NCBI GenBank assembly: GCA_002269645.1 | Contig: NIVC01000068.1 | Coordinates: forward strand, 434,001-498,000 | Length of the DNA stretch: 64,000 bases | DNA from: Macrostomum lignano | Taxonomy: Eukaryota | Direction of reading: 5' to 3' | In this document: piece after piece, positions 44,428 through 55,722 of the stretch | Numbering within the stretch: position 1 is the first letter of the stretch | Layout of the letters: every line of letters begins with the position of its first letter | Program-made: the position numbers and the translations under genes | Notes under the pieces: model-generated | Seen by the model: only the letters and a program-made list of their open reading frames with translations | The model's database searches: none | Told to the model about the DNA's origin: nothing

Positions 44428-44868
44428 ATGCATTGCAGCTCCTTAGCCGCAATTCTAACAGTTGCCGCCCTACTAGCCAAGCTGACCAGCCTCAGTGCCG
44501 GCCTATTCAACGAGTCTGACCTCATCTCAGTGCCGCAGTCTGTTGCGCAGAGCTTGCCGGAGTCTCAGCTCATTGTTGACTTGCGTCATCGACGATCGCC
44601 GCTCCTTACGGAGCCGGCGGTTGAGCGGGCTTGGCTCACTGCCAAGAGTGCCACAATGTTCGGCCCGATACAGACCTGCGCCTGGCAGGGCGGCAGTCGT
44701 GACAGTCGACCGCACGTCTGCTGGCTGGTGTCACTGTGCCCGCACTGCACCGGATTGGAGCCAGTATGCGTCGATGGTGCTGACTACGCAAATCCCTGTT
44801 CAGCTTTGTGCAACAACCCCGGCGCTTTGATTGTGCCTGGGCGTTGCTCCACACTTCTGATTGATTAG
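44428..44868 (+). CDS. Small secreted atypical Kazal-like protein, 146 aa, single exon
   Basis: Hydrophobic signal peptide (LAAILTVAALLAKLTSLSA-), furin-type RHRR site, and C-terminal C..EPVC.DG.DY.NPC.ALC......GRC pattern. Confidence 0.7.
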   Translation: MHCSSLAAILTVAALLAKLTSLSAGLFNESDLISVPQSVAQSLPESQLIVDLRHRRSPLLTEPAVERAWLTAKSATMFGPIQTCAWQGGSRDSRPHVCWLVSLCPHCTGLEPVCVDGADYANPCSALCNNPGALIVPGRCSTLLID

Positions 44869-44879
44869 CTAGTATCTAC

Positions 44880-45185
44880 AGCGTAGCAACCGCATGACAA
44901 CAGTAGAGCACATTGCGTAGCAACCAGGTAGCAACCACCTTTTAATAGCATAGCACCTGCGTGTTATATAGCAATTGTTTAGTGACAGGGTAGCAATGGC
45001 ATAGTAACAGGGCAGCAACTGCGTAAGCAGCAACAGGGTAGCAACTGCGTAGAAATAGGGTAGCAACTGCGTAGAAACAGGGTAGCAACGGCATAGTCAA
45101 CAGGGTAGCAACTGCGTAGAAACAGGGTAGCAACAGTGTAGAAACATAGTAGCAACAGCATATAGTAACGATCCATAGCAACTGA
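44880..45185. repeat. Degenerate minisatellite built on GTAGCAAC
   Basis: GGTAGCAAC recurs at ~20-bp spacing. Confidence 0.75.
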
Positions 45186-45686
45186 CAATAAACAACAAAT
45201 ATATACATGTAATATTAATTAAGTTTGTCCCAGAGCGCTGTTTTATGCGGTGATTCGCCATAAGTTCTTGCTTTTACGATTGCGGACATATAGAAACGAC
45301 CGATTATATAGTATGTATTGTAACTGCTCATCTTATTAACCAACATAATTATATTTGTAGTTTCGTTACTATCGTATTTACGTTCGTATAATATGCAACG
45401 TATTTCTTCATTCAGGCGCTGTACTCTACACAATTTTCGTGTGAACGCACCGGCCAATGCAACCATACGATGCTTACCCATGTGCTATACTGGTTGATTA
45501 TAATATTATTATTCGTTTTACTAGTATAATTTTAAGCCAATTTCGTGCCTTTCATTCGATTAAAATATATTTAAAACCCACTGCGGTTATATAATGAGTA
45601 ATATTAGTCTTACATGTATGTGTTTCAATTCAATTTTAATTCAACGCACTGCATCAAAGGGGTGCAACTTTGAAGGCTTAAGTATA

Positions 45687-46941
45687 CCTGGTGCTGGCGC
45701 CCCTGGTGCTGGCGCCCCTGGTGCTAAAGCCCCTGGTGCTAAAGCCCCTGGTGCTAAAGCCCCTGGTGCTAAAGCCCCTGGTGCTGGCGCCCCTGGTGCT
45801 GGCGCCCCTGGTGCTAAAGCCCCTGGTGCTAAAGCCCCTGGTGCTAAAGCCCCTGGTGCTAAAGCCCCTGGTGCTAAAGCCCCTGGTGCTAAAGCCCCTG
45901 GTGCTGGCGCCCCTGGTGCTAAAGCCCCTGGTGCTAAAGCCCCTGGTGCTAAAGCCCCTGGTGCTAAAGCCCCTGGTGCTAAAGCCCCTGGTGCTAAAGC
46001 CCCTGGTGCTAAAGCCCCTGGTGCTAAAGCCCCTGGTGCTAAAGCCCCTGGTGCTAAAGCCCCTGGTGCTAAAGCCCCTGGTGCTAAAGCCCCTGGTGCT
46101 AAAGCCCCTGGTGCTAAAGCCCCTGGTGCTAAAGCCCCTGGTGCTAAAGCCCCTGGTGCTAAAGCCCCTGGTGCTAAAGCCCCTGGTGCTAAAGCCCCTG
46201 GTGCTAAAGCCCCTGGTGCTAAAGCCCCTGGTGCTAAAGCCCCTGGTGCTAAAGCCCCTGGTGCTAAAGCCCCTGGTGCTAAAGCCCCTGGTGCTGGCGC
46301 CCCTGGTGCTAAAGCCCCTGGTGCTAAAGCCCCTGGTGCTAAAGCCCCTGGTGCTAAAGCCCCTGGTGCTGGCGCCCCTGGTGCTGGCGCCCCTGGTGCT
46401 GGCGCCCCTGGTGCTGGCGCCCCTGGTGCTAAAGCCCCTGGTGCTAAAGCCCCTGGTGCTAAAGCCCCTGGTGCTAAAGCCCCTGGTGCTAAAGCCCCTG
46501 GTGCTAAAGCCCCTGGTGCTAAAGCCCCTGGTGCTAAAGCCCCTGGTGCTAAAGCCCCTGGTGCTAAAGCCCCTGGTGCTAAAGCCCCTGGTGCTAAAGC
46601 CCCTGGTGCTAAAGCCCCTGGTGCTAAAGCCCCTGGTGCTAAAGCCCCTGGTGCTAAAGCCCCTGGTGCTAAAGCCCCTGGTGCTAAAGCCCCTGGTGCT
46701 AAAGCCCCTGGTGCTAAAGCCCCTGGTGCTAAAGCCCCTGGTGCTAAAGCCCCTGGTGCTAAAGCCCCTGGTGCTAAAGCCCCTGGTGCTGGCGCCCCTG
46801 GTGCTGGCGCCCCTGGTGCTAAGCCCCTGGTGCTAAAGCCCCTGGTGCTAAAGCCCCTGGTGCTAAAGCCCCTGGTGCTAAAGCCCCTGGTGCTAAAGCC
46901 CATGGTGCTAAAGCCCCTGGTGCTAAAGCCCCTGGTGCTAA
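45687..46941. repeat. 15-bp satellite (CCTGGTGCTAAAGCC / CCTGGTGCTGGCGCC)n
   Basis: About 83 units of two variant types; 1-bp deletion near 46820. Confidence 0.97.
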
Positions 46942-47827
46942 TGGTTGCAAGCTCTTCATAAACTACATAATTGGAGTTTGCAAAGTCAGAATTACATAGT
47001 CAATCAGTTAAGTTTAAAATAGCCATTTAAGCAATTGAAAAAAGCAGTCGAAACTGGATGAAGTGGCTTTGCGGTTTCATTACTGGCACTTCAATTAAAT
47101 CAATTAGAAGCAAATTAGCTACAAGCTAATTAGCTAGAAATCACGTTCCAGACGCGTAATAAACAACACATTGAGGGCTATAAAATGTTGTACTATAAAG
47201 ACGGTTTCACACGCGCCTGCTGACATGCCTCTAATTGTCTAATTGCTAATTGCAGTAATTAGCTTTGACAGAACTTGAGCACGCAAAACATGCGTGAATG
47301 AGCTTGATATTACTCTGCGCCTTCTGTGGAAAGGAAAATTACAAAATATTTGAATTTACGTACTGTTCTACGAATCCCCTTAGTCAAGGAACTCTGCTTA
47401 AATTTCATTTACCGATATGTATCGAAAAGATACTTTTAAAGCAGGAATTTTTACGCGGCTAGGTGAAGGCGCAATTGACTCGATAAGTATTTTTTTAACA
47501 GCTTCAAAAATTAACGAATTAATTTTTTGTGTCGCCAAAAACAAACTTCCTCAAAGTTATTTAAGTAATAAGTCTATCGAGTTTCATTCCTAGGGCACGA
47601 GAGGCGCAGTAATAAATAATATATCTGAAGTCGCATTACATATCCAAAATTGCGACCTCGTACTACGAGCAGAATGTACTTTTGGGCTTAACAACCAAAC
47701 AATATGAAGTTTATAAAAATACCAGTTCAAGCTGAACACTAGAAGAGCATTTATTTAAAATGGATGACGCTTAGCAGTTATAGAAATGCGTTTTAAAACA
47801 GTTTATTAAATATTTGTGATTTATTTG

Positions 47828-50800
47828 ACATAAATCTGTCTTACGTCGTAACTTATTTGCACCCTGTTGCAAGCAAATGCCAGGACCTCCACGTGGTCAG
47901 GACGGTGAGCAGCGGTGCTGCCCGCGAAGCTGCTGCTGCGCTGGCCCCTACAGATCTTCTGGGTGGCGCCAGGGACCGAGAGGCTCATCTACATCGAGCC
48001 CCTGCCGTACCACAGGGCACGCTTCGGTTCGGGACGCTGAACTGCCGCCCTGCCGCACGATCAAGGCCGCCTGGCGGAGAGGGGCTCTGGCAAAGCGCTC
48101 GACCTAAGCCGTGACGTCATCGCACTGATGGAGGTGTCTGTCTATCAAGGCTGATCCGGGGCTTCACTGTGAAGATCTGGTCGGCGGACCAGCGAGGCCG
48201 AGGACCAGCAGAGCTGTCGCTGCATCTCTCTGTCCCCTCGGCTGCTCCGGGTTCGACATCCGGCTTCGCGGCCGGAACGCTCGCCTGTTCTACGCGTACG
48301 CGCCTCCTGCCACCCGACCTGACTTACTTGACTTAGCTCCAGAGTGGTCCGTAAGACACAGCGAGGAGGCGAGGGTCGCCCATTCCGCTAGCCCCTGAAG
48401 GCCCGCAGACAGGCAGAGGCGTGGGGCCGGTCAGGGTGGTCCGCCGGTCCGTCCGGCAGCGTGATCTTCCGTGGTGAAGAAAGTGGCTCTTCTTGTCGCC
48501 CGAAGGAACTGGATGAGCCGTGAGAAGAGGCGGAGGACACCATAGCTGAAAGCGGGAAGGAGTGAGCTGAAGTCACAAAAGAAGGAGAAAAGAAGAAAAA
48601 GAAAAAGAAAAAGGACCGCTAGCGACCCCTGGCCTTCCAGCCCATCGGCACGGTCAAACACCTTAGGCATTAGAGGGTACTTTGAGCAGTACCACGGCCT
48701 GCAGGCTGGCAAGCCAGACCCGCATACTCAATTTCGGCCGAAGCCACTGGATGGGTCGCCAGCATCGGAGCCCAGTCGGTCCAGCAGCCCTAGGGTCTGC
48801 CTTGAACACACGCGGGGACGAGTACCCCTGGGTCCACTTGCGAGACAGCGTGGGGGGGGGTCTGCGGCTGCCAGCGGCAAATAGAGGGTGCAGACCTCCC
48901 ACCAGCCTTGACCTGCTGAAGATGGGGGCAGGCGTAAAGCATCGCAGACCTTAGCCCATAGGCTTGGTCTGTCTCATACTTCACTGGCGTGCTGAATACA
49001 CCTTCGCGTGCCCACCCGACCTGACAAGGCTCAAGACTTCTTCGAGCAGCTCTCGTTACAGGTGGAGGCAACAGCGCAGCGTGACACAGTGATCATCCTC
49101 GGAGACCTGAACGCGGTTTTGCGTAGGTCTGTGTGGTCACTATTCGTCACACCGCGTGAGAACGGCAACACCGGAGCGCTGGAGGGCTTCCTAGAGAGGC
49201 AGGACATGGCAAGCGTGGAGGTGCCGAGTACGCGGAGGTGTGCGCTGCAGTTCGAGCCGCCGCGGAACAAGCAGTCCCGCTGATGCGACCGGCCCAGCGG
49301 GAGCAGCCGGGATGGCAAGACGACCCCGCGATTCGGCAAGCGAGGGAAGAGCTGGAGACTCCGTTTGAGCAGGCGACCAACCCACGAGGCAGAGGAGGCC
49401 TTGGCGGCTGTCTGTCTGCAGCGCCAGCAGGCTGCTGTTGATGACGCCATTCGGGCCGTCTCTGCCGCTGGGCCCGATGCTAGAGGCTGCGTGGCCTAGT
49501 TGGCTATCAACGCTCTGACGGGGCGAATGCGGCGCATTTCGCTAAACCTGGCAGGCGACTCTGCGGACGTTCTTCGCCGCCATTGTCAACGCGCCGCCAC
49601 CCCCCGCCGCCAGACAGTCTGACGCTGCCGCCGGAAATGCCGTTGCCGGCAGAGGAGAGCTTCAGCCTAGCACCAGTCAGCACAGCCGCGACGCAGCGAA
49701 GCTCGCCCAGCAGTCACCGGGCGGGAAAGCGCTGGGTCCGGACGAGGTGCCCAACGAGGCGCTGCGCATCCACTGTGTGGCCAGCGAGGTCGTCGCCAGA
49801 GTGATGAATCGCGTGCTTTTCGGCGAGGAGGCACCCTACGAATGGACCACGGCGCAAATCGTCGCAGTTCCTAAGAAGCCGGGCACCACAAGGCTTGAGG
49901 AGCATCGAGGCATCCGCCTTCAGTCCTGCACTGCGAAGCTGTTCAACCGGATGCTGCTATCGCGGTTGCAGCCCGTGCTGGATCCGTACCTGCGTCCTGA
50001 GCCGAACGGCTTCCGGCCCCATCGCGGCACAGTGACGCAGATCCTGGCTCTTCACCGAGTCATCGAGGAAGCACAGACACGCCAGTGGATCCTGATTGTC
50101 ATCTTCATAGATTCCAAGAAGACATTCGACTCGGTCGTCAAGTCTGTGTTCCCAAAGGTGCTCCGTGCGTACAACGTGCCAGAGCAGCTGACTTCTGCGC
50201 ATGATAGCAATGTACTGCGATACGAGCCGTACAAATATATCGGACTTATTGCGTGGTGATGCGTGAGTCGACGTCAACCGGAGAGGCGGCTCAGCGTGCT
50301 TGGCTACGCCGACGATCTCGCCCTCTCGCCCTGCTGTCCTCAACTGTCGAGGGTGGCTCAGCGACAACTAGACAAGCTAGTTTCTGTTGCGGCGAGTGTC
50401 GGCCTGGTGGTCAACACGCAGAGGACCGTCGTGCTCTGCATGCTGGACGACATCGAGGCTGCGATTTTGTGCCGAGGTGCTGATAGACGGGCGACGGAGC
50501 TTCCGCGTTGTCAGCAGTTGTACAGCGCCGCGAGACCTGGGCCCTGACGGCTGCGCGCCGCCTTCAAGATCGGCTACTACATGTAGCGAGTGACCAACGC
50601 GGCATTGTATCACCGCGCCGGTGTAGAAACTAGGTTTAGAAACTCCGGGGCTCTGGCCAGTTTTGGGTCGCCCATCCGGAGACTGCAAACGTACTGGGAT
50701 CTCCGGTTTCGCAGCCGTCATGCACCATATCAGGGAAAAATGACAGGCTTTGGTAAATACGAATAATACTATGTTGTCAGTCCATAGTTCCGCAATTCTA

Positions 50801-51273
50801 ATTTAAAACTGGATATTCGCTCAAATTCACAGTTCGACTATTACAAAGTAAGAAAATCGCAAACTGACAACTGATCATCATGTGCTTTCACTGCTTATAA
50901 ACAATTTGCTATCATTTCACCTGACTGCCGCGTTCAATGGCTTCTTCCTTCCGCCGACAATTGACAGAATCGAAATATTCGACTTGTGTTACAAAGAGAC
51001 GAAGAATGAAGCGCAAGTCTGACCATGCAACCCTAGATTCAACCCCTACTTGATTGATGGCTGTGTGAGCGGGCCTTGAGGCCCCTCACAAGGCATGTGA
51101 TGTACTATGTACTAGATACTGTAGGTGTTGAGTCTCTGGGCTGGAGATCTTTAACTCCGGAGAACAGAAACCCCCACACTGGCGCCACTGATTAGGCCGA
51201 CGGCGTGGCGTTCGTTCGAGACCTGTCCTTGAGACGCGCCCTGTGACCCTAACTGCGTATTTTGTTGTTGTTG
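47828..51273 (+). mobile_element. RTE-clade LINE, degenerate and internally deleted, with 20-bp TSD and a nested insertion
   Basis: APE motifs (LRFGTLNCR; VIILGDLNA) and RT motifs (WTTAQIVAVPKK, GFRPHRGT, IFIDSKKTFDSV, LGYADDLAL) with frameshifts; (TTG)n tail. Flanks AAATATTTGTGATTTATTTG (47808-47827) and AAATATTTGTCATTTATTTG (51275-51294) match at 19/20. Confidence 0.9.
48324..49011 (-). mobile_element. 688-bp 3' fragment of a Loa/R1-type LINE nested in the RTE, 14-bp TSD
   Basis: CCACCCGACCTGAC at 48310-48323 and 49012-49025. Tail TTACTTGACTTAGCT and 3' UTR motif are shared with the LINE at 52688. Confidence 0.85.
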
Positions 51274-51366
51274 AAAATATTTGTCATTTATTTGCTGTCT
51301 GAATGCATGTACCCATCTCGCGACAAAATTATTGAGTCTTGAACCAGTTTTTGAAATGGTCTATTT

Positions 51367-51625
51367 CTGGCGCCCCTTGTGCTGGCGCCCTGGTGCTGGC
51401 GCCCCTGGTGCTGGCGCCCCTGGTGCTGGCGCCCCTGGTGCTGGCGCCCCTGGTGCTAAAGCCCCTGGTGCTAAAGCCCCTGGTGCTGGCGCCCCTGGTG
51501 CTGGCGCCCCTGGTGCTGGCGCCCCTGGTGCTGGCGCCCCTGGTGCTGGCGCCCCTGGTGCTAAAGCCCCTGGTGCTAATGCCCCTGGTGCTAAAGCCCC
51601 TGGTGCTATAAGGTGCTAAAGCCCT
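51367..51625. repeat. Second array of the 15-bp CCTGGTGCT(AAA/GGC)GCC satellite
   Basis: Same units and orientation as 45687-46941, richer in the GGC variant. Confidence 0.95.
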
Positions 51626-52451
51626 TAAAGCTCCAATAGATGAGATGTCTACGCCCATAAATGAGACTAGATTATACTACTAGACTAGACCACTACCTAG
51701 ACTATGGTAGTCTCAGTGATCTACAAGTAGCATATACGTGTGCGAGTACCATTTTGATTTCGACTAAAGCTGATTGAATTCAACTGTGGACACACGAAGG
51801 CTCTGCTCTACTATAACAGTAGCACTCTTCTTGCTCTCATATGTGTAGTATGCGGTCGCTTCATCAAGACGCTTTCAAATTCTCTTTTCTAGTTTAGATT
51901 AGCTCCTTGTCTCGGCGGGCGGGAGGCTTTCGTTCGTGAACTCTCGAAGTCAGTACGAACAAGACAGAGCAGAGCCAGTCGAGTTTGGATCAAATCGTTT
52001 GCGCCAACTGAAGAATCTTCAGTGCTTAGATCAAAGGACAGCTGCTATAAAGGGGACTGCAGCTTTGTGAGCCCTAAGATGCATTAGTTTTAATTGCGTT
52101 GGAGAGGCACAAGAAAGGTCTCTAGTGTTTCTTTGCAAAGTAAGTGGCTGAAAGTATATTAGGAGAGGGCGTGGAGAAAAGAAGCAATTAAAATTTCAGC
52201 ATCAATCGATGAAATGTAAAGAGAAGGAATGCAACAACACTTAGCCACGAACTCAGTTGTTTCCGACTGCTTCTGCTGCTGAAGAAACTGTGAAAACCAG
52301 CTCTTGGAATTTGAATCGTCTTTGGAAAGTTTTAATTAGCTCGGAATACCAGAGTCTGAATCCCAATTCATATTTTTAAGACGCCCTCTGATGCTTCGTT
52401 AGCAAACACAACAAAACTTTAATGTTTCAAATGAATTTTTTTAATACTTTG

Positions 52452-52687
52452 AGTGCTACTCAGGTAGAACCAATGGACATCCTCTCTGACATTGGTGCTT
52501 ACTCAGGTAGAACCAATGGACATCCTCTCTGACATTGATGCTTACTCAGGTAGACTCAACTGACATCCTCTCTGACACTGGTGCTTACTCAGGTAGACCC
52601 AACTGACATCCTCTCTGACATTGATGCTTACTCAGGTAGACCCAACTGACATCCTCTCTGACATTAGTGCTTACTCAGGTAGACCCA
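52452..52687. repeat. 43-bp minisatellite (TGACATTGGTGCTTACTCAGGTAGACCCAACTGACATCCTCTC)n, left half
   Basis: About 5.5 units, interrupted by the LINE. Confidence 0.93.
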
Positions 52688-55133
52688 CTTACTTGACTTA
52701 GCTGCAGGGGCCCGGGGGCGTCCGGCGGATGCAGTGAGGAGGCGGAGGGGACCGCCCATTTCGCTAGCCGCTGGCGACCAATGACTTCTGTTGAAGTGAT
52801 GTCGCTCAGGGGGACCCGTCGGTCTCGTCTGCAGCGCGGTCCTCCTCACCGGCAGTGGGGAAGAAGTCAGCTCGTCCCGTGTCCCTGAGGTACCGGGCAA
52901 GCAGCGGGATGCTCTCGGGCCTGCAAACGTCGGAGAGAACCGGGTTTGGCCCGAGGTGAGTAAGCCTGGCCCTGGTGAAAACCGGGCAGTGGCAGATAAA
53001 GTGCTCGGCGTTTTCACTGCCTGAGCGGCAGAAGGGGCACCGCTCCTCGGGTACTTGGCCCTGAAGGAAGCGGTGGCGAGAGAAGCAGCCATGCCCGGAG
53101 AGGGCCATGCTGACTGCTCTGAGGTCTCTGCGGTTGAGCCTGAGGAGGGCTCTACGCAGGAGAGGAGAGGGGCAGGGGACGGCAGCACGGGATTGCCTAC
53201 AATTCCGGGTGTCGTGCCACCTGCGGAGATGCTCGGAGTCAGTCCAGCGCTTAACGCGGGAGTTGATCACCGAGGCGGGGATGGGGGCTCCCGGGCCCGG
53301 CTTCAGCAGCGCGCCGGCGGAGCCAGCCTTGGCCAGCAGGTCAGCGCGCTCGTTGCCGAGGAAGCCGGCGTGGCCCGGGATCCATCTGAGCTCCACCTGG
53401 TTGCCTAGCACAAGCCCGTTGAGCTGGGTGTTGCAGTCCAGGACGGACCTGGAGCTGGCGGTGCTGCGGCAGAGGGCCCGAAGGACTGCTTGGCTGTCAG
53501 AGGGAAAAATAAATTTCCGACCGCTAAGCTGCCTTCGGCGCAGCCCTGCCGCGCAGGAGCTGATGGCAAGCACCTCGCTCTGAAAAACACTGGAGTTGAG
53601 CCCAGTGTGCTGGGAGTAGCTCCACACCACTTCTCCCTTGAAGAAGACGCAAGCTCCGAAGCCTGAAAGACCATGCCTCATAGAGCCGTCAGTGTAACAG
53701 TGGACTTCAGAATCGCTCCAGCTGTCACTCGCCTCGTGTCGAGGCTGAATGGTGACCTTATACCTTTGGCTCAGGAGAAGGGTGGCTGGGATCGAGTCCG
53801 TGAGGATGTTGAGCCCGCCACACTCCTCGAGAGCCTTGAGGCAGAGGTCAGAGTGCGGGATAAGCGACCGCTTCTTAAAGGCCCGCACTTTCTTGAAGGC
53901 CACCCCAGCATCCAGAAGACGCCGGGTGCTCTTCGCCGCCTCTCCTTTGATATAAATATCCAGAGGAGGGGCACAGAGGAAGGCATTCATGCCTTCAAAA
54001 GGAGTAGAGGGTGGAGCGCCCATAGTCATGCGGCAGGCTCTGCCCTGGATTTTGTAGAGAGCGTCGTGCTCTTGACGCTCAGGCCGCTGGCCCACACGAG
54101 GCTGGCGTAACTGATCGAGGGGCGGATAATGGCAGTGTAAATCCACCACAGCTTCCTGGGGGTGAGCCCCCAGGTGGTGCCCATGGCGCGCCTGATCTGG
54201 GCCAGGACAGCCAGGGCTTTTTTGGCTTTAGTTTGAATGTGCGGAGTCCAGTTGAGCCTGTGGTCCAGAGTGAGGCCCAGGCAGCGGACCTGCTTCTCCA
54301 TGGAAATATTCTTTCCATAGAGGGTGAGGGGCTTAATGGTCCAGAGCAGTTTGTTGGTAAACATGACCGCTGTGGTTTTCAACTCTGAGAGTCTAAGGCC
54401 ACATTGGTTTGCCCAACGCTCCGCTCGTCCCAGAAAGCCCTGCAGAAGGTCTCTGATGGTATCAACCGAGGGGCCCGCGCATATCGCGGTCACATCATCG
54501 GCATAGCCCACTTTGAGAATGGGGTCGTGGAGATCACTGCAAAGCAACTCATCCATGACCATGTTCCAGAGAACGGGGGTGAGAACTCCGCCCTGGGGGC
54601 CCCCTTTCTGGACAGGCGCCGAAAGAGAGCTGCCGTTCAGGTGGGCCACAACAGTGCGGTTCCGGATCATGAACATGATCCACCGGACAAGGTGAGGGTG
54701 CGTGGCCCTGGATTCCAGGGCTCTGCAGAAGGCCTCGAAGATGACGTTGTGGAAGGCCCCCTCAATGTCCAGGAAAAGCGAGAGGGCAAAGCCGCTGCCA
54801 AGAACGGCCCTCTCCAGGAAGTCAACAATGACATGGAGGGCACTCTCGGTAGACCTGCCCGCGCGGAAGGCGTGCTGGTTCTGCGAGAGTGGGAAGCCCT
54901 TCAGCTCGACCGAAAGTAGGCGCCAAAGCACCAGTCTCTCGAGGAGCTTGAGGCAGAAAGAAGTGAGGCTGATAGGCCTGAAGGCCTTCACCGAATGGTA
55001 GCCGCTCTTTCCAGGCTTGGGGATAAAGACCACCCGGGCCTCTTTCCACGCAACTGGTACATAGCCCAGCTCTACACAAGCTCGAAGGAGACGACAGAGC
55101 AGGTCCAGGAAGCGGTGGTTTTTCACCGCCTCG
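52688..55133 (-). mobile_element. 5'-truncated non-LTR retrotransposon with RT, RNase H and CCHC knuckle (Loa/R1-like, I group)
   Basis: AWKEARVVFIPKPGK, FRPISLTSF, PQGGVLTPVLWN, YADD; RNase H CYTDGS...SEVLAI...SDSQA...WIPGHAG..GNERADLLAK; CPFCRSGSENAEHFICHC. A single frameshift near 54065 joins ORFs 54026-55147 and 52806-54149. Clade call is inference. Confidence 0.93.
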
Positions 55134-55385
55134 TCAGGTAGACTCAACTGACATCCTCTCTGACATTGATGCTTACTCAGGTAGACCCAACTGACATCCT
55201 CTCTGACATTGGTGCTTACTCAGGTAGACCCAACTGACATCCTCTCTGACATTGGAGCTTACTCAGGTAGACCCATCTGACATCCTCTCTGACATTGGTG
55301 CTTACTCAGGTAGACCCATCTGACATCCTCTCTGACATTGGTGCTTACTTAGGTAGACCCATCTGACATCCTCTCTGACATTGGA
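55134..55385. repeat. 43-bp minisatellite, right half
   Basis: Continues the 52452-52687 array after the LINE. Confidence 0.93.
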
Positions 55386-55722
55386 GCTAGAACCTCTGAC
55401 AACCTCTAACAATCTAAAAAACTCCAGTACTCTTGGAGTCATAGTTTATGGCGTTGATATCCACATCATACAGGATTTCAATTTGATAATCTAGTTTGAG
55501 CACAAGTTAGTAGTTCAATAATTCCTAGGGCTCAAGGGTCACAGATGAAGCCGCAGTTTCTCCCGAATGTAATTGGTCCGCTTCTGAACCAATAGATTTG
55601 TACTTTCGCGGAGTCTAGAGAACTCAGCGAGAGTAAGGCGAGCTGTTTTTATTTCCCAATAAATTTGAGGACAGCTCAGAACAAAGTAAAAAAATCTGCT
55701 CTCGAAACCTAAAAAAGTGGAG

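Noticed and set aside
45594-46961. 455-aa (GAKAP)n collagen- or elastin-like ORF as a gene
   Set aside because: No signal peptide or convincing splice context, a 1-bp deletion shifts the frame near 46820, and a second non-coding array exists. Kept only as a repeat finding.
30685-47430. Shared GATATGTATCGAAAA at ~30693 and ~47414
   Set aside because: A single short match with no flanking similarity; plausibly chance.
52452-55385. CRISPR-like appearance of the 43-bp, 31-bp and 25-bp arrays
   Set aside because: Units are head-to-tail with no unique spacers, there are no cas genes, and the context is eukaryotic.
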